DNA of 64,000 nt, from the NCBI GenBank assembly GCA_043758365.1, contig JAYVNQ010000229.1, forward strand, positions 339-64,338. The letters run 5' to 3'. The translations under genes were made by a program, and so were the position numbers. Every line of letters begins with the position of its first letter. Position 1 is the stretch's first letter. Shown here in pieces: positions 30,926-40,771 of the stretch. A model generated the notes under the pieces. That model had not been told where the DNA came from. It was given only the letters and a program-made list of their open reading frames with translations, and ran no database searches. The DNA comes from Chitinophagales bacterium. Its GTDB lineage: Bacteria; Bacteroidota; Bacteroidia; Chitinophagales; Chitinophagaceae.

Positions 30926-31402
30926 ATGCGTATAGGATTTGGGGTAGATTATCATCAGTTAGTAGAAGGAAGGGACTTGTGGATTGGCGGTGTAAAAATT
31001 CCACATACAAAAGGAGCATTAGGACATAGCGATGCAGATGTACTGTTACATGCTATTTGCGATGCAATGTTAGGCGCAGTTTGCTTGGGAGACATTGGTG
31101 TTCATTTTCCTGATACATCTTCCGAATTTAAAGATATTGATAGTAAAATTTTATTAAAAAAAAGTTTTGAACTTATACAAGCCGAAGGCTACAATATTGT
31201 AAATATAGACTCTACACTTTGCCTTGAGGCACCAAAAATAAAATCCTTTGTTCCACAGATGCAGGCAACTATTGCATCTATTTTGCATCTTACAGTAAAA
31301 GATGTGTCTATTAAGGCTACAACTGCCGAAAAAATGGGCTTTATTGGTCGCGAAGAGGGGTTAGTTGCCTATGCAACTATATTATTATCCAAAAAAGCAT
31401 AG
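30926..31402 (+). CDS. ispF: 2-C-methyl-D-erythritol 2,4-cyclodiphosphate synthase
   Basis: RIGFGVDYH, GHSDADVLLHA, GDIGVHFPD and KATT.EKMGF.GREEG motifs. Confidence 0.96.
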   Translation: MRIGFGVDYHQLVEGRDLWIGGVKIPHTKGALGHSDADVLLHAICDAMLGAVCLGDIGVHFPDTSSEFKDIDSKILLKKSFELIQAEGYNIVNIDSTLCLEAPKIKSFVPQMQATIASILHLTVKDVSIKATTAEKMGFIGREEGLVAYATILLSKKA

Positions 31403-31496
31403 CGTCTAAGCTAAGGCCACAAGGCATTCGGTGAGAATAGATTTGAAAGAACTATTTTTATCATCAATTAAAATTGGCTTAATATAATTGGGACTA

Positions 31497-31504
31497 TATA
31501 TTTG
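31497..31504 (+). promoter_or_regulatory. Bacteroidota -7 promoter element of the polysaccharide locus
   Basis: TATATTTG, with TTG about 20 nt upstream (31474-31476). Confidence 0.6.
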
Positions 31505-31594
31505 CGATTACTGAAAAAATACAACATAACGATTTAAGTATTTTAATCTTAACGTTAATTATTCCCAAAGTGAAGTCAAAAAATGTGGCTGAGT

Positions 31595-31605
31595 TGGCGA
31601 AGCTA
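31595..31605 (+). promoter_or_regulatory. Possible ops-like leader element (TGGCGAAGCTA)
   Basis: GCGAAGC mini-hairpin in the ~120 nt leader, just before the first gene of the polysaccharide operon. Confidence 0.35.
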
Positions 31606-31623
31606 TATTTAACAAACAGGAAA

Positions 31624-34038
31624 ATGAAACAACAAATAATAAAAAATCTTTTACTAATAATATTTGTATTTGTATCGGTTTTGGCAAAGGCTCAATTGCC
31701 TGCCGATATGAGTAATATAAAAGCATCGCAAATTACAGATGCACAGTTACAACAGTTTGTTCAAAAAGCGGCTGAAAGTGGAATGACTGAAATGCAAATT
31801 GAACAAGAATTTACCAAACGACGAATGCCATCTTCGGAAATTGAGATTTTAAAAACAAGGATAGGTGCTTTAAAACAAAACTCAAATTCTGTAGTTTCGG
31901 TTTCTACGGAAAAGCCTAGAGAAGTTGTAAGTAATGCTACTAGTGTATTACCTAAATCGGTGAATAATCCTTCTAGTCCTATATTTGGTGCTGAGCTTTT
32001 TACAGGTGGTAGTACCACATTTGCACCTAACCTAAATATGCCAACCCCCAAAAATTACATACTCGGGCCAAGCGATGAACTTAATTTGGATATTTCTGGC
32101 GTTAATGTTTCTCAACAAACACTAAAAGTAAGTTCTGAAGGTATTATAAATGTTAGATACGCTGGTCCGATGCAAGTAAATGGCATTACAGTTGAGGAAG
32201 CAACCAATAAAATTATCTCCAAACTCAAACAATACTATCCAGCAATTAGTACAGGACAAACTAAAGTGTCAATCACACTAGGTAATATTCGTACAAATAG
32301 AATCATCATTATTGGTGCTGTTACCAAGCCTGGTACTTACGATTTACCATCTTTAGCTTCTTTGTTCAACGCTCTATATGTTAGCGGTGGTCCTGCAGAA
32401 AATGGCTCTTTCAGAAACATTGAACTTATCCGTAATAACAGAAAAATAGCAATTATTGATGTGTATGATTTTTTGTTGAAAGGCGATTTGAAAAATAATT
32501 CTCGATTAGAAAATAACGATGTAATAAGAATTCCTTTTGCCGAGAAAAAAATTACTTTAAGCGGTGAGGTAAATAGACAAGGCATTTTTGAGTTGAAAGG
32601 AAATGAAACGTTGGCTAATGCAATAAATTTTGCAGGTGGCTATACTGTAAATGCTTATAAAGCAAGAATTACTGGTATTAAAATTACTGATTTTGATAAA
32701 AGAGTTATTGATATTTCAAAAGATGCGATTAATTCATTGCAACCTGAAAATGGCGATAAGTTTTTGATAGGATCAATTGTAGATAGATTTGAAAATAGAG
32801 TAATAATTGAAGGATCTGTATTTAAGCCTGGGACTTACGCTTTAGAAAATGGAATGACTCTAGCCCAACTCATTGATAAGGCAGCTGGATTAAAAGAAGA
32901 TGCTTACACAAAACGCATTATTATCACAAGAAAAAAAGAAGATTTAGTAAAAGAGTATGTTACTGTTAGCTATAATCCAGTTTCACAAATAGATAGCTCA
33001 ATAAAGTTAATAAAAGAAGATATAGTTCAAATTTCTTCAATTTTTGATATTCGAGATCAATTTACTGTTACAATAAATGGCGCAGTTAGAAAACCAAGTA
33101 CTTACAACTTTGAAGACAGTTTAAGTTTGAAAACATTGATTTTGCAAGCTGGTGGCTTTGCAGATAACGCTACAGGCAACGGTATAGAAATTTCTAGACG
33201 TAAAAGGGACGTTAATCCCAACGACCCTGCATCAAATATTGCAGAAATTATAATAATTAATGATAAAAAAGAATTATCCAATAATACGCTTGATTTTCAG
33301 TTGAAGCCATTTGATATTGTGTCTGTAAAAATAGATCCAAATTATAAAAGTCAAATTAACGTTGCCATACAAGGTGAAGTTTTGATACCTGGTATTTTTA
33401 CTTTACAAAGCCGTGAAGAAAGAATCAGTAGTTTAATTAAACGAGCAGGCGGCATACTTTATACTGCTAATGTATCTGGTGCTAAACTAAAAAGAAAAAA
33501 CGATTTGTACGATGTAGATTTGAAAGTAGTACAAAAAATTGCAGCTTCATCAGCGAAAGACTCTTCAGGGGTAGTTTTAGAAACTGAACAAAAGCCTTTT
33601 TACGATATTACCATAGATTTACCTAAAATACTTACTAATCCAGGTAGTAAAGAAGACATATTATTGGTTGAGGGTGATTACGTTTTTATTCCTATAATAG
33701 ATAATATGGTATCTGTTTCAGGGGAAGTATTTAAACCATTATCTATTAGTTATGATGCTAATAAAACATTAAAAAGTTATTTGTACGATGCTGGCGGCGT
33801 AACAAACTCGGCCAATAAAAAAAGAACTTTTGTTATCTATCCAAATGGTAAAGCAGGTAAAATAAAACACCCTTTTTTATTTTTTAGAAAATACCCAAAA
33901 GTTACCGCTGGAACAAAAATTTTTGTACCTAAAGAACCTGAGAAAAAAGCAGCCGATGTTGCAAGAGTTGGTGCAATTATATCCGCAGTGTCGTCCTTGA
34001 TAGCTGCCTTTGCATTAGCTTACCAGATTACTAAATAA
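31624..34038 (+). CDS. SLBB-domain polysaccharide export protein (Wza/KpsD-like)
   Basis: Signal peptide from MKQQIIK, Poly_export NYILGPSDEL, repeated SLBB units (GEV..PG, AGG). Confidence 0.9.
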   Translation: MKQQIIKNLLLIIFVFVSVLAKAQLPADMSNIKASQITDAQLQQFVQKAAESGMTEMQIEQEFTKRRMPSSEIEILKTRIGALKQNSNSVVSVSTEKPREVVSNATSVLPKSVNNPSSPIFGAELFTGGSTTFAPNLNMPTPKNYILGPSDELNLDISGVNVSQQTLKVSSEGIINVRYAGPMQVNGITVEEATNKIISKLKQYYPAISTGQTKVSITLGNIRTNRIIIIGAVTKPGTYDLPSLASLFNALYVSGGPAENGSFRNIELIRNNRKIAIIDVYDFLLKGDLKNNSRLENNDVIRIPFAEKKITLSGEVNRQGIFELKGNETLANAINFAGGYTVNAYKARITGIKITDFDKRVIDISKDAINSLQPENGDKFLIGSIVDRFENRVIIEGSVFKPGTYALENGMTLAQLIDKAAGLKEDAYTKRIIITRKKEDLVKEYVTVSYNPVSQIDSSIKLIKEDIVQISSIFDIRDQFTVTINGAVRKPSTYNFEDSLSLKTLILQAGGFADNATGNGIEISRRKRDVNPNDPASNIAEIIIINDKKELSNNTLDFQLKPFDIVSVKIDPNYKSQINVAIQGEVLIPGIFTLQSREERISSLIKRAGGILYTANVSGAKLKRKNDLYDVDLKVVQKIAASSAKDSSGVVLETEQKPFYDITIDLPKILTNPGSKEDILLVEGDYVFIPIIDNMVSVSGEVFKPLSISYDANKTLKSYLYDAGGVTNSANKKRTFVIYPNGKAGKIKHPFLFFRKYPKVTAGTKIFVPKEPEKKAADVARVGAIISAVSSLIAAFALAYQITK

Positions 34039-34082
34039 ACCTTGTTATTTAAATATTTATAATTTGTTATTTTCAATTTAAC

Positions 34083-35150
34083 ATGAACGAGCAACTAACT
34101 CATATAAATATTTCTGACGATGAAATTTCTATAAAAGAAATTGTCGTTAAATTTAAAAATTGGTTTAATTATCTCAAAACACAATGGTTTAAGATATTGA
34201 TTTTCGGTATCATGGGCGGTATTATAGGTTTTACCTATGCCTACTTTCAGCCAATAAATTATGTTGCTAAATTAAGCTTTAACGTAGAAGAAGGAAAATC
34301 AAGTGGTGGTGGTGGGTTAGCATCACTTGCCGGATTGGCGGGTATTGATATTGGAGGAATGAGTGGCAATAGCCTTATAGCTGGTGATAATATTTTAATG
34401 TTTTTGAAAAGTACAAGTCTTATAAGAACAACATTATTAACATCCTTCGATTCGACGAAAAATTATTCATTAGCAGATAAATATGCAGATGTTTATGAAT
34501 TGAGGGGAAAGTGGCAAAAAAATAAAAAAATTGGTTTAGCAGTTTATTTTCCAACAACCCAAAAAATAAAATTTACAAGATTACAGGATAGCTTAATTCA
34601 AGTTTTGACAAGAAAAATATTGACGAAAGAATTGATAATTGAGAGGCCAGAAAAAAAAGCAACTATTATAACTGTGGAAACCACAATGCAAGACGAATTA
34701 CTGAGTAAATTATTCTGCGAAAGATTGGTAGGCGAGGCAACGAATCGATATATTACCTCAAAAACAACCCGACAAAAAACAAATGTTGATAGATTAGAAA
34801 GAAGAGCTGATAGTATTGGCAAGTTACTCAATTATAAAACTTTTTCTACGGCATTGGAAAATGAAAAGATATTAGATGTTAATCCAGCTTACCGTTCCAC
34901 AACAGTAAACGCAGAAGTAATAGGACGCGATAAATTGATGTTAGGAACAATTTATGGGGAAATTGTAAAAAATTTAGAATTAGGTAAAGTACAATTGACA
35001 CAAGAAACACCTTCAATACAGATTTTAGATGGAGTGCAAGAGCCGCTTAATTTAATCAAGATATCAAAACTTCTATACACTTTTGTATATTCTATAGGGT
35101 CTATTTTTCTTTTTTCTGCTATTTCGATAATAAAAAAATTCTATCGCTAG
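34083..35150 (+). CDS. Wzz-like chain-length determinant / polysaccharide co-polymerase
   Basis: DDEISIKEI N-terminus, N- and C-terminal TMs, GLASLAGLAGI and ETPSIQILD motifs. Confidence 0.82.
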   Translation: MNEQLTHINISDDEISIKEIVVKFKNWFNYLKTQWFKILIFGIMGGIIGFTYAYFQPINYVAKLSFNVEEGKSSGGGGLASLAGLAGIDIGGMSGNSLIAGDNILMFLKSTSLIRTTLLTSFDSTKNYSLADKYADVYELRGKWQKNKKIGLAVYFPTTQKIKFTRLQDSLIQVLTRKILTKELIIERPEKKATIITVETTMQDELLSKLFCERLVGEATNRYITSKTTRQKTNVDRLERRADSIGKLLNYKTFSTALENEKILDVNPAYRSTTVNAEVIGRDKLMLGTIYGEIVKNLELGKVQLTQETPSIQILDGVQEPLNLIKISKLLYTFVYSIGSIFLFSAISIIKKFYR

Positions 35151-35186
35151 GATTTTTTTTCTATTAGCAATTACTTTAATTAGAAT

Positions 35187-36101
35187 ATGAAAATCAATTT
35201 TATAAGTTTTTTGAATCCCTATACGTTTAATGGAGGAGGGGAATTAGATAATAGATATATCATAGATAAAGGCAGAGAGCTTGGTCATTCAATAAAAATT
35301 GTTTCCAGAGTCAAAAATAAATATTTTAATAGGTTTTTTGCGCCAAATTACGATTTCTATGACAAGCCCGATATATGGATTTTGGCCGATTTATTTAATG
35401 TACCCGAATATGGATTAAACTTTAAAAACGATTTTATTGAAAATATTGTTAGGCATGAGCCTTTTATACATTTCGACAACGCTTATGTAGATGTATGTTG
35501 TTTACCTGCCTTACCTTGTTCTGGTAGACTTTCTGCTAAATGTGGTAATTGTAGAACAAGCTTAGCAAAAGAAGTTTATTCAAATTCACTTGCAAATGCT
35601 TTCCTATCCCCACTCCATGCATCTGTTATAAATGAGGTATGGGAAAATAAATTTGATAGTAAATCAGTTGTTGTAAATCCATTGATTGATTGTAATCTTT
35701 TTTACAGCAGAAATGAAAATAGAGATATAGATTATCTCTATGTTGGAACTATTTCCAACTACAAAGGGTATGGAAACATAAAAAATAGGTTTGCAAACGA
35801 GTCGAACTTTGTTTTTATCGGTAAAAATTCAACTAGTGAAAAAATTTTTGGACAGCACATAGAATCGGTTCCAAATCACCAACTAATTAATTATTATAAC
35901 AGGGCAAAGAATTTTGTACATCTGCCTAATTGGAAAGAACCAATGGGTAGAACTATAATAGAGGCAGCGTTATGTGGATGCAACATAATCCATAATGAAA
36001 ACGTGGGCGCATGCAGCTTCACTTTTGATTTATCAGACAAAAAAAATTACTTATATTCTGCAGAAAATTTTTGGTTGCAGATTGAAAAAAAAATATCGTG
36101 A
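35187..36101 (+). CDS. Glycosyltransferase (GT-B/GT4-like)
   Basis: LYVGTIS.YKG and EPMGRTIIEAALCGC (EX7E) motifs. Confidence 0.8.
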   Translation: MKINFISFLNPYTFNGGGELDNRYIIDKGRELGHSIKIVSRVKNKYFNRFFAPNYDFYDKPDIWILADLFNVPEYGLNFKNDFIENIVRHEPFIHFDNAYVDVCCLPALPCSGRLSAKCGNCRTSLAKEVYSNSLANAFLSPLHASVINEVWENKFDSKSVVVNPLIDCNLFYSRNENRDIDYLYVGTISNYKGYGNIKNRFANESNFVFIGKNSTSEKIFGQHIESVPNHQLINYYNRAKNFVHLPNWKEPMGRTIIEAALCGCNIIHNENVGACSFTFDLSDKKNYLYSAENFWLQIEKKIS

Positions 36102-36871
36102 AATTCATCAAGCACCTATTTCAGTTAGTACATCGTGTTTTTGCAGCTAGTATAGCTAAGCGTAAAATCTTTAAAAAGCTCCTGGATTCAAATCCCCAAC
36201 TTTTTAATATTAATATAGTACAGGATGGTCCTTTCCAAGGGCTCATATACCCCAAATCTATCGCTTATGGAAGCTCTTTTTACCCAAAGGTTTTAGGTAC
36301 CTATGAAAAAGAACTACATATATTCATCAATTCAATTAAATCGAAAAATTATAAAACAATAATAGATATTGGATGTGCGGAAGGTTATTATGCAGTAGGT
36401 CTTAAAAGAATGTTTCAAGATGCCTCAGTATACGCAATTGATACTAATAATAAGGCTAGAGGTTTTTGTAAGGAAATGGCTGAAATAAACGATTGTTTAA
36501 ATAATTTTGAGGTTATGGCATCAATAGATATTGAGGGGTTAGCAAATATTGTAAATAATGAAACATTGCTCATATGCGATTGCGAAGGATTTGAGGCCGA
36601 TATTTTCAATCAAAAAAGCCTTTATTTATTTCATGAATGTGATTTGATAATAGAAACGCATGATTTTATAAGCCCCTCAATTTCAACAAATCTCCAAGAA
36701 TTATTTTCACAGACACATAATGTTAGCATAGTCCAAAGTTTAGATGATAATTTGAAGGCTAAGTACTATTCTATCCCTAATATTAATTCTTTGTCTTTTG
36801 AGGAGAGGAAGTATTTACTATCAGAGAATAGGCCACAGATTATGGAATGGCTAATTTGTACAAAAAATTAA
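36098..36871 (+). CDS. Class I SAM-dependent methyltransferase (FkbM-like)
   Basis: LGTYEKEL, IIDIGCAEGYYA, ICDCEGFE and IIETHD motifs. Confidence 0.8.
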   Translation: MKFIKHLFQLVHRVFAASIAKRKIFKKLLDSNPQLFNINIVQDGPFQGLIYPKSIAYGSSFYPKVLGTYEKELHIFINSIKSKNYKTIIDIGCAEGYYAVGLKRMFQDASVYAIDTNNKARGFCKEMAEINDCLNNFEVMASIDIEGLANIVNNETLLICDCEGFEADIFNQKSLYLFHECDLIIETHDFISPSISTNLQELFSQTHNVSIVQSLDDNLKAKYYSIPNINSLSFEERKYLLSENRPQIMEWLICTKN

Positions 36872-36893
36872 GAACTAAAAAAGATTAACTGAA

Positions 36894-37634
36894 ATGTTAA
36901 GCATTATCATCCCAGTACAAAATATTAAAAAAGATAAAAACCTAAAATATTTCTACAAACCTGTTTTTGGGATTGTTCAAACAATTGAATCAATTAAACA
37001 ACACATAAATGTTCCTTTTGAAATAATATTGGTAATCAATGATGAAAAAAATACCGACCTAATTGAGTACGCAAAAAACGAAAAAATTATTTCAAAATAT
37101 ATTATATGTTCGTGCAATGTTGGTGTAAGTAGGGCGTGGAATATTGGGGCTAATTTAGCGGAGGGTAATAGCCTATGTTTTTGTAATGACGATGTTGAAT
37201 TTGCCCCTAGATCTTTCATCAAATGTTTGAATGTGTTTAACGATTTTGAAAACGTGGGGCAAGTTGGCCCGGAAGGCTCATTGTGGCATATTGATAAGCC
37301 AGGTAAATATGTTGGTTTAAACAAGATTGAAGAAACAGATGCTGTAAGTGGTTATTTTTTCATTATTCCTAGTAAAGTGTACACGAAAACTGGCGGGTTT
37401 GATAATTACTACACACCTGCTGGATGCGAAGAAATTGATATATCATTTAAAATTAGAAGCCTCGGATATAAATGTCTTGTTATTCCTGAAACTGGGATAA
37501 TCCACCATGGGAATCATGGAATTAGTTCTAGAAACACTGATATTCATTATTTAACAAGTACTATTAATACAGCGGTACTAGATAAACGTAACAAGGAATA
37601 TTTTGTAAAAAAGTGGTATCCTCATATTAAATAA
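36894..37634 (+). CDS. Glycosyltransferase family 2
   Basis: LSIIIPV, NVGVSRAWNIGA, FCNDDV and GGFD..Y...CEEIDISFK motifs. Confidence 0.88.
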   Translation: MLSIIIPVQNIKKDKNLKYFYKPVFGIVQTIESIKQHINVPFEIILVINDEKNTDLIEYAKNEKIISKYIICSCNVGVSRAWNIGANLAEGNSLCFCNDDVEFAPRSFIKCLNVFNDFENVGQVGPEGSLWHIDKPGKYVGLNKIEETDAVSGYFFIIPSKVYTKTGGFDNYYTPAGCEEIDISFKIRSLGYKCLVIPETGIIHHGNHGISSRNTDIHYLTSTINTAVLDKRNKEYFVKKWYPHIK

Positions 37635-37905
37635 CAACAACTTAAATCTTGGTATCTTGGTTGTAGTTAGTCTTCCCAATTTCTTTAAAATGCTAGGTAC
37701 TTATTGTCTATTCAAAACATTACACAATATGTTCTCAATAATTTTAGATTATACCCTCTTAAAGCGTCTTCATTTAAAATTTAGGCTGAAATATCAAGAA
37801 CCACAAGCCCTTTCTGTGAGTCGTTACAAAATTTTGATTGACCAAAAAGCTAAAAAATATCACTATTTGTTTTTTATGTTTATTTATAGACCTCTTATTT
37901 GCTAG

Positions 37906-38022
37906 TAAGTAGTCTGTCATAATTATCTTATACTAATTCTGACCGCAGAAATCACCAAATACACTGAATTTATATACTAAAATGTTTAGGCATTTTATAA
38001 GTTAATTATGACAGACTACTTA
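37906..38022. mobile_element. 117 bp element bounded by perfect 20 bp inverted repeats (MITE-like or invertible segment)
   Basis: TAAGTAGTCTGTCATAATTA (37906-37925) and TAATTATGACAGACTACTTA (38003-38022). Confidence 0.65.
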
Positions 38023-38045
38023 TATAATTAAACTTAAAACATAAC

Positions 38046-39494
38046 ATGGCAGATAAAGAGTTTAAAAGTGGTATATTAATTTTCTTATTACAGATTACTA
38101 CGAGGGTTTTTGCTTTTATCTCTTTTATAGTTATGGCAAATTTAATTGGGGTGCAGGCAATAGGTAGGTTTGCATATGTACTTTCTCTAGCATCACTCTT
38201 AAGCCTTTTCGTCGAATTTGGAACCAATCAGGCATTAATAAAATTAATTGCTTTTTCAGATGCTGATATAAAGTCCCATATGAAAGTAATAAGCCATATT
38301 ACGATCTTAAAGTTTGCACAATTTTTATTAGGGACATTTATAATTTTCTTATTTGAGTTTAATACAATAACTAGTAACTTTTCTTTTTTATATATGATAT
38401 TTTTATATACAATATTTGAAGGTATAGCCCAAATTGGATTAACAGCAATGAATGCAAAAAAACAATTTGTGAAAATTAACGTCTATTCATTTTTTTATGA
38501 AAATATCCGAACTTTTCTCTTGATATCTATTTTTTATTTTTGTAAAAGCGTGGAATATATATCATTTGTCTATATAATCCTTTCCATCTTTTATATGTAT
38601 TTTGTTTTTTCAAAGGGAATCAATTTGCAGATTACTGCCACTAAATTTGTTACTTTTTTCCGATATCTGAACTTTTCAGGATTACGCAAAGCTTATAACT
38701 CAACTTATTTATTTTTTTTATCAGCAATTACGTATCAACTTTATTTTAAAATAGATATTATTCTATTAAAAAAAATATCGAATCCTACAGAAGTCGGCAT
38801 TTACGGAACTGCATACAAATTTTTTGAGGTATTCCTTTTTTTGCCTGCAATACTCTCAGGTATAGCATTCCCAATAGTTGTAAATTTCTTTGCAAATGGT
38901 AATCTCATAAAACTAAAAAAATATTTATCCGATCTGCAGTTTAGGACATCTGTAATAATTTCAATTGTAGTAGTCTCAATGATTTTCTTTAGTGATTTTC
39001 TGATTAATATATTTTTCAACGATGCATTCGCCTCATCCTCCCGAATAATGCAAATACTTTTTCTTACAGCATTTTTATATTGTCTTAATTTCATCTACCC
39101 AATAGCTATCAATTCATCTGGTAATGAAAAACGTGGCATATATATTTATGGTACTGGTTTGGTATTGAATGTTACGCTAAACTATTTATTTATCCCAAAA
39201 TATGGAGCTGAAGCCGCAGCTTGGATTACTTTTTTCTCCGAGTTGGCAGTCACTCTTATGTATATTATATGTCTTTACTATGTTAAGATTAGAATAGTTA
39301 ATACAAAAGCGGTACTCTGTATTCTTTTTTACATTCTTATATCTGTTTTTAAAATTATATGCCTTAGAGACGAAAAATGGTATTCGATTACAAACGTTTT
39401 TTTGTTCATAGTACTGATATTGGTAGTTATTGTAACTAACTTCAAAATTTTCAAGGAAACTATAATGACATTAAGAGTGATTTTTATAAAATGA
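38046..39494 (+). CDS. wzx: Wzx flippase (oligosaccharide transporter)
   Basis: Roughly 12-14 TMs; LYFKIDIILL..S...EVGIYGTAYK and LNYLFIPKYGAEAAAW MOP-family motifs. Confidence 0.88.
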   Translation: MADKEFKSGILIFLLQITTRVFAFISFIVMANLIGVQAIGRFAYVLSLASLLSLFVEFGTNQALIKLIAFSDADIKSHMKVISHITILKFAQFLLGTFIIFLFEFNTITSNFSFLYMIFLYTIFEGIAQIGLTAMNAKKQFVKINVYSFFYENIRTFLLISIFYFCKSVEYISFVYIILSIFYMYFVFSKGINLQITATKFVTFFRYLNFSGLRKAYNSTYLFFLSAITYQLYFKIDIILLKKISNPTEVGIYGTAYKFFEVFLFLPAILSGIAFPIVVNFFANGNLIKLKKYLSDLQFRTSVIISIVVVSMIFFSDFLINIFFNDAFASSSRIMQILFLTAFLYCLNFIYPIAINSSGNEKRGIYIYGTGLVLNVTLNYLFIPKYGAEAAAWITFFSELAVTLMYIICLYYVKIRIVNTKAVLCILFYILISVFKIICLRDEKWYSITNVFLFIVLILVVIVTNFKIFKETIMTLRVIFIK

Positions 39495-40726
39495 AAAGCA
39501 TTGTTAATACGAGTCTTTTACTCTTTTCAGTAGTTACAATTCTTGGAGAGGCATTTAAAATCTCTTTTGGCGCTCTCCAAATCAGCTTGACATTGATAAT
39601 ATCAGTTATACTAATTTTTCTATCCATTTTTTTTGAAATAAAATTCTATTCTAAACTGAATGATAAGCTAGTCTACCTTTTTATTTTACTTATTTTATTT
39701 TTTTCTGCTTATGGTTTTTTGCAAGGTAATGCTGTTGGCGATGTTTTCGAAGATGCTTATCCTCTTGTAATGTTTTGTATATTCTATTGCATATTTCGCA
39801 ATTTTAATGCTAACGATATTTCGAGGATGTGGAAAGCTTTTCTTTTTTTAGGTGTTGTATGTAGCATTAAGGTTTTATTTATCAATATACTACCTATTAC
39901 CACGGGATGGGATAATAATTGGCAGGCAACAAAGGAGCCTATTCCTTTCTCTGGTGCATTTAGAATTATACTTAGGGGTGGTGACTTATTTATATCAATC
40001 GCATTTGTTGCTCTTATTCTTAAATGCCAATATATTAATATAAAAGTATACAAATTTTTTATATCGCTTACACTTTTATTATATGCATTATTTATATCAC
40101 TTTCTAGAAGTAGCTATTTAGCAGATGCATTATCAATAATTGCTATTCTGTTTCTATATCGCCAATATTTTTCTAGGAAGCGTATAATATTATTTATATT
40201 GATATTTTTTGTAGTACTTGTAGTTGCTCTTCCATTTATAAACATAGCATCAGCTGCTGCCTCCGTTTTTGAAGCCCGTACTGAGGCATTTGATCAAGGC
40301 AATGTTGCAACGGAATTTAGGAGCGAAGAGCAAAGTATAATTTATTCTATAGCTAAAGAAAAATATTATTTAGGCGGCGGACTAGGCAGTTTTTTTTATC
40401 TGCCTTATTCAGGAAGTGAAAAAAGCGATGGTAGAAGTATCTATTCACATGATTTTAATGCATGGATAATATTCAAAATGGGTATCTTGTCTCTTATTGT
40501 TTTTTATTTACTATTTTTTACGACATGCATAAATTATCACAAAGTGATTAAAAAAAATAGTATTGAAAATAGAATTAATAAATACCAATTACCAATGTTA
40601 TTACTCTCCTCAGGTATTGTTTTTTTTATTATTTCTCTATGGGCAAATAAGGTAAATACCTTTTCAGGCAGCCTTTTTTTTGCTTTTTTTTGTGCAGCTC
40701 CATACGTTTTGCAAAAAAGTATTTAA
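39491..40726 (+). CDS. O-antigen polymerase/ligase family protein (Wzy_C)
   Basis: Multi-TM; ISLSRSSY, FR...LGGGLG and HDF...KMGI pattern. Confidence 0.75.
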   Translation: MKSIVNTSLLLFSVVTILGEAFKISFGALQISLTLIISVILIFLSIFFEIKFYSKLNDKLVYLFILLILFFSAYGFLQGNAVGDVFEDAYPLVMFCIFYCIFRNFNANDISRMWKAFLFLGVVCSIKVLFINILPITTGWDNNWQATKEPIPFSGAFRIILRGGDLFISIAFVALILKCQYINIKVYKFFISLTLLLYALFISLSRSSYLADALSIIAILFLYRQYFSRKRIILFILIFFVVLVVALPFINIASAAASVFEARTEAFDQGNVATEFRSEEQSIIYSIAKEKYYLGGGLGSFFYLPYSGSEKSDGRSIYSHDFNAWIIFKMGILSLIVFYLLFFTTCINYHKVIKKNSIENRINKYQLPMLLLSSGIVFFIISLWANKVNTFSGSLFFAFFCAAPYVLQKSI

Positions 40727-40771
40727 ATAAAAGGGTTACGTATAATACCAAATGGGCATTATAATTAATTT

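Noticed and set aside
37657-37905. 82-aa plus-strand ORF in the polysaccharide locus gap
   Set aside because: Non-ATG start and no motifs; more likely decayed DNA.
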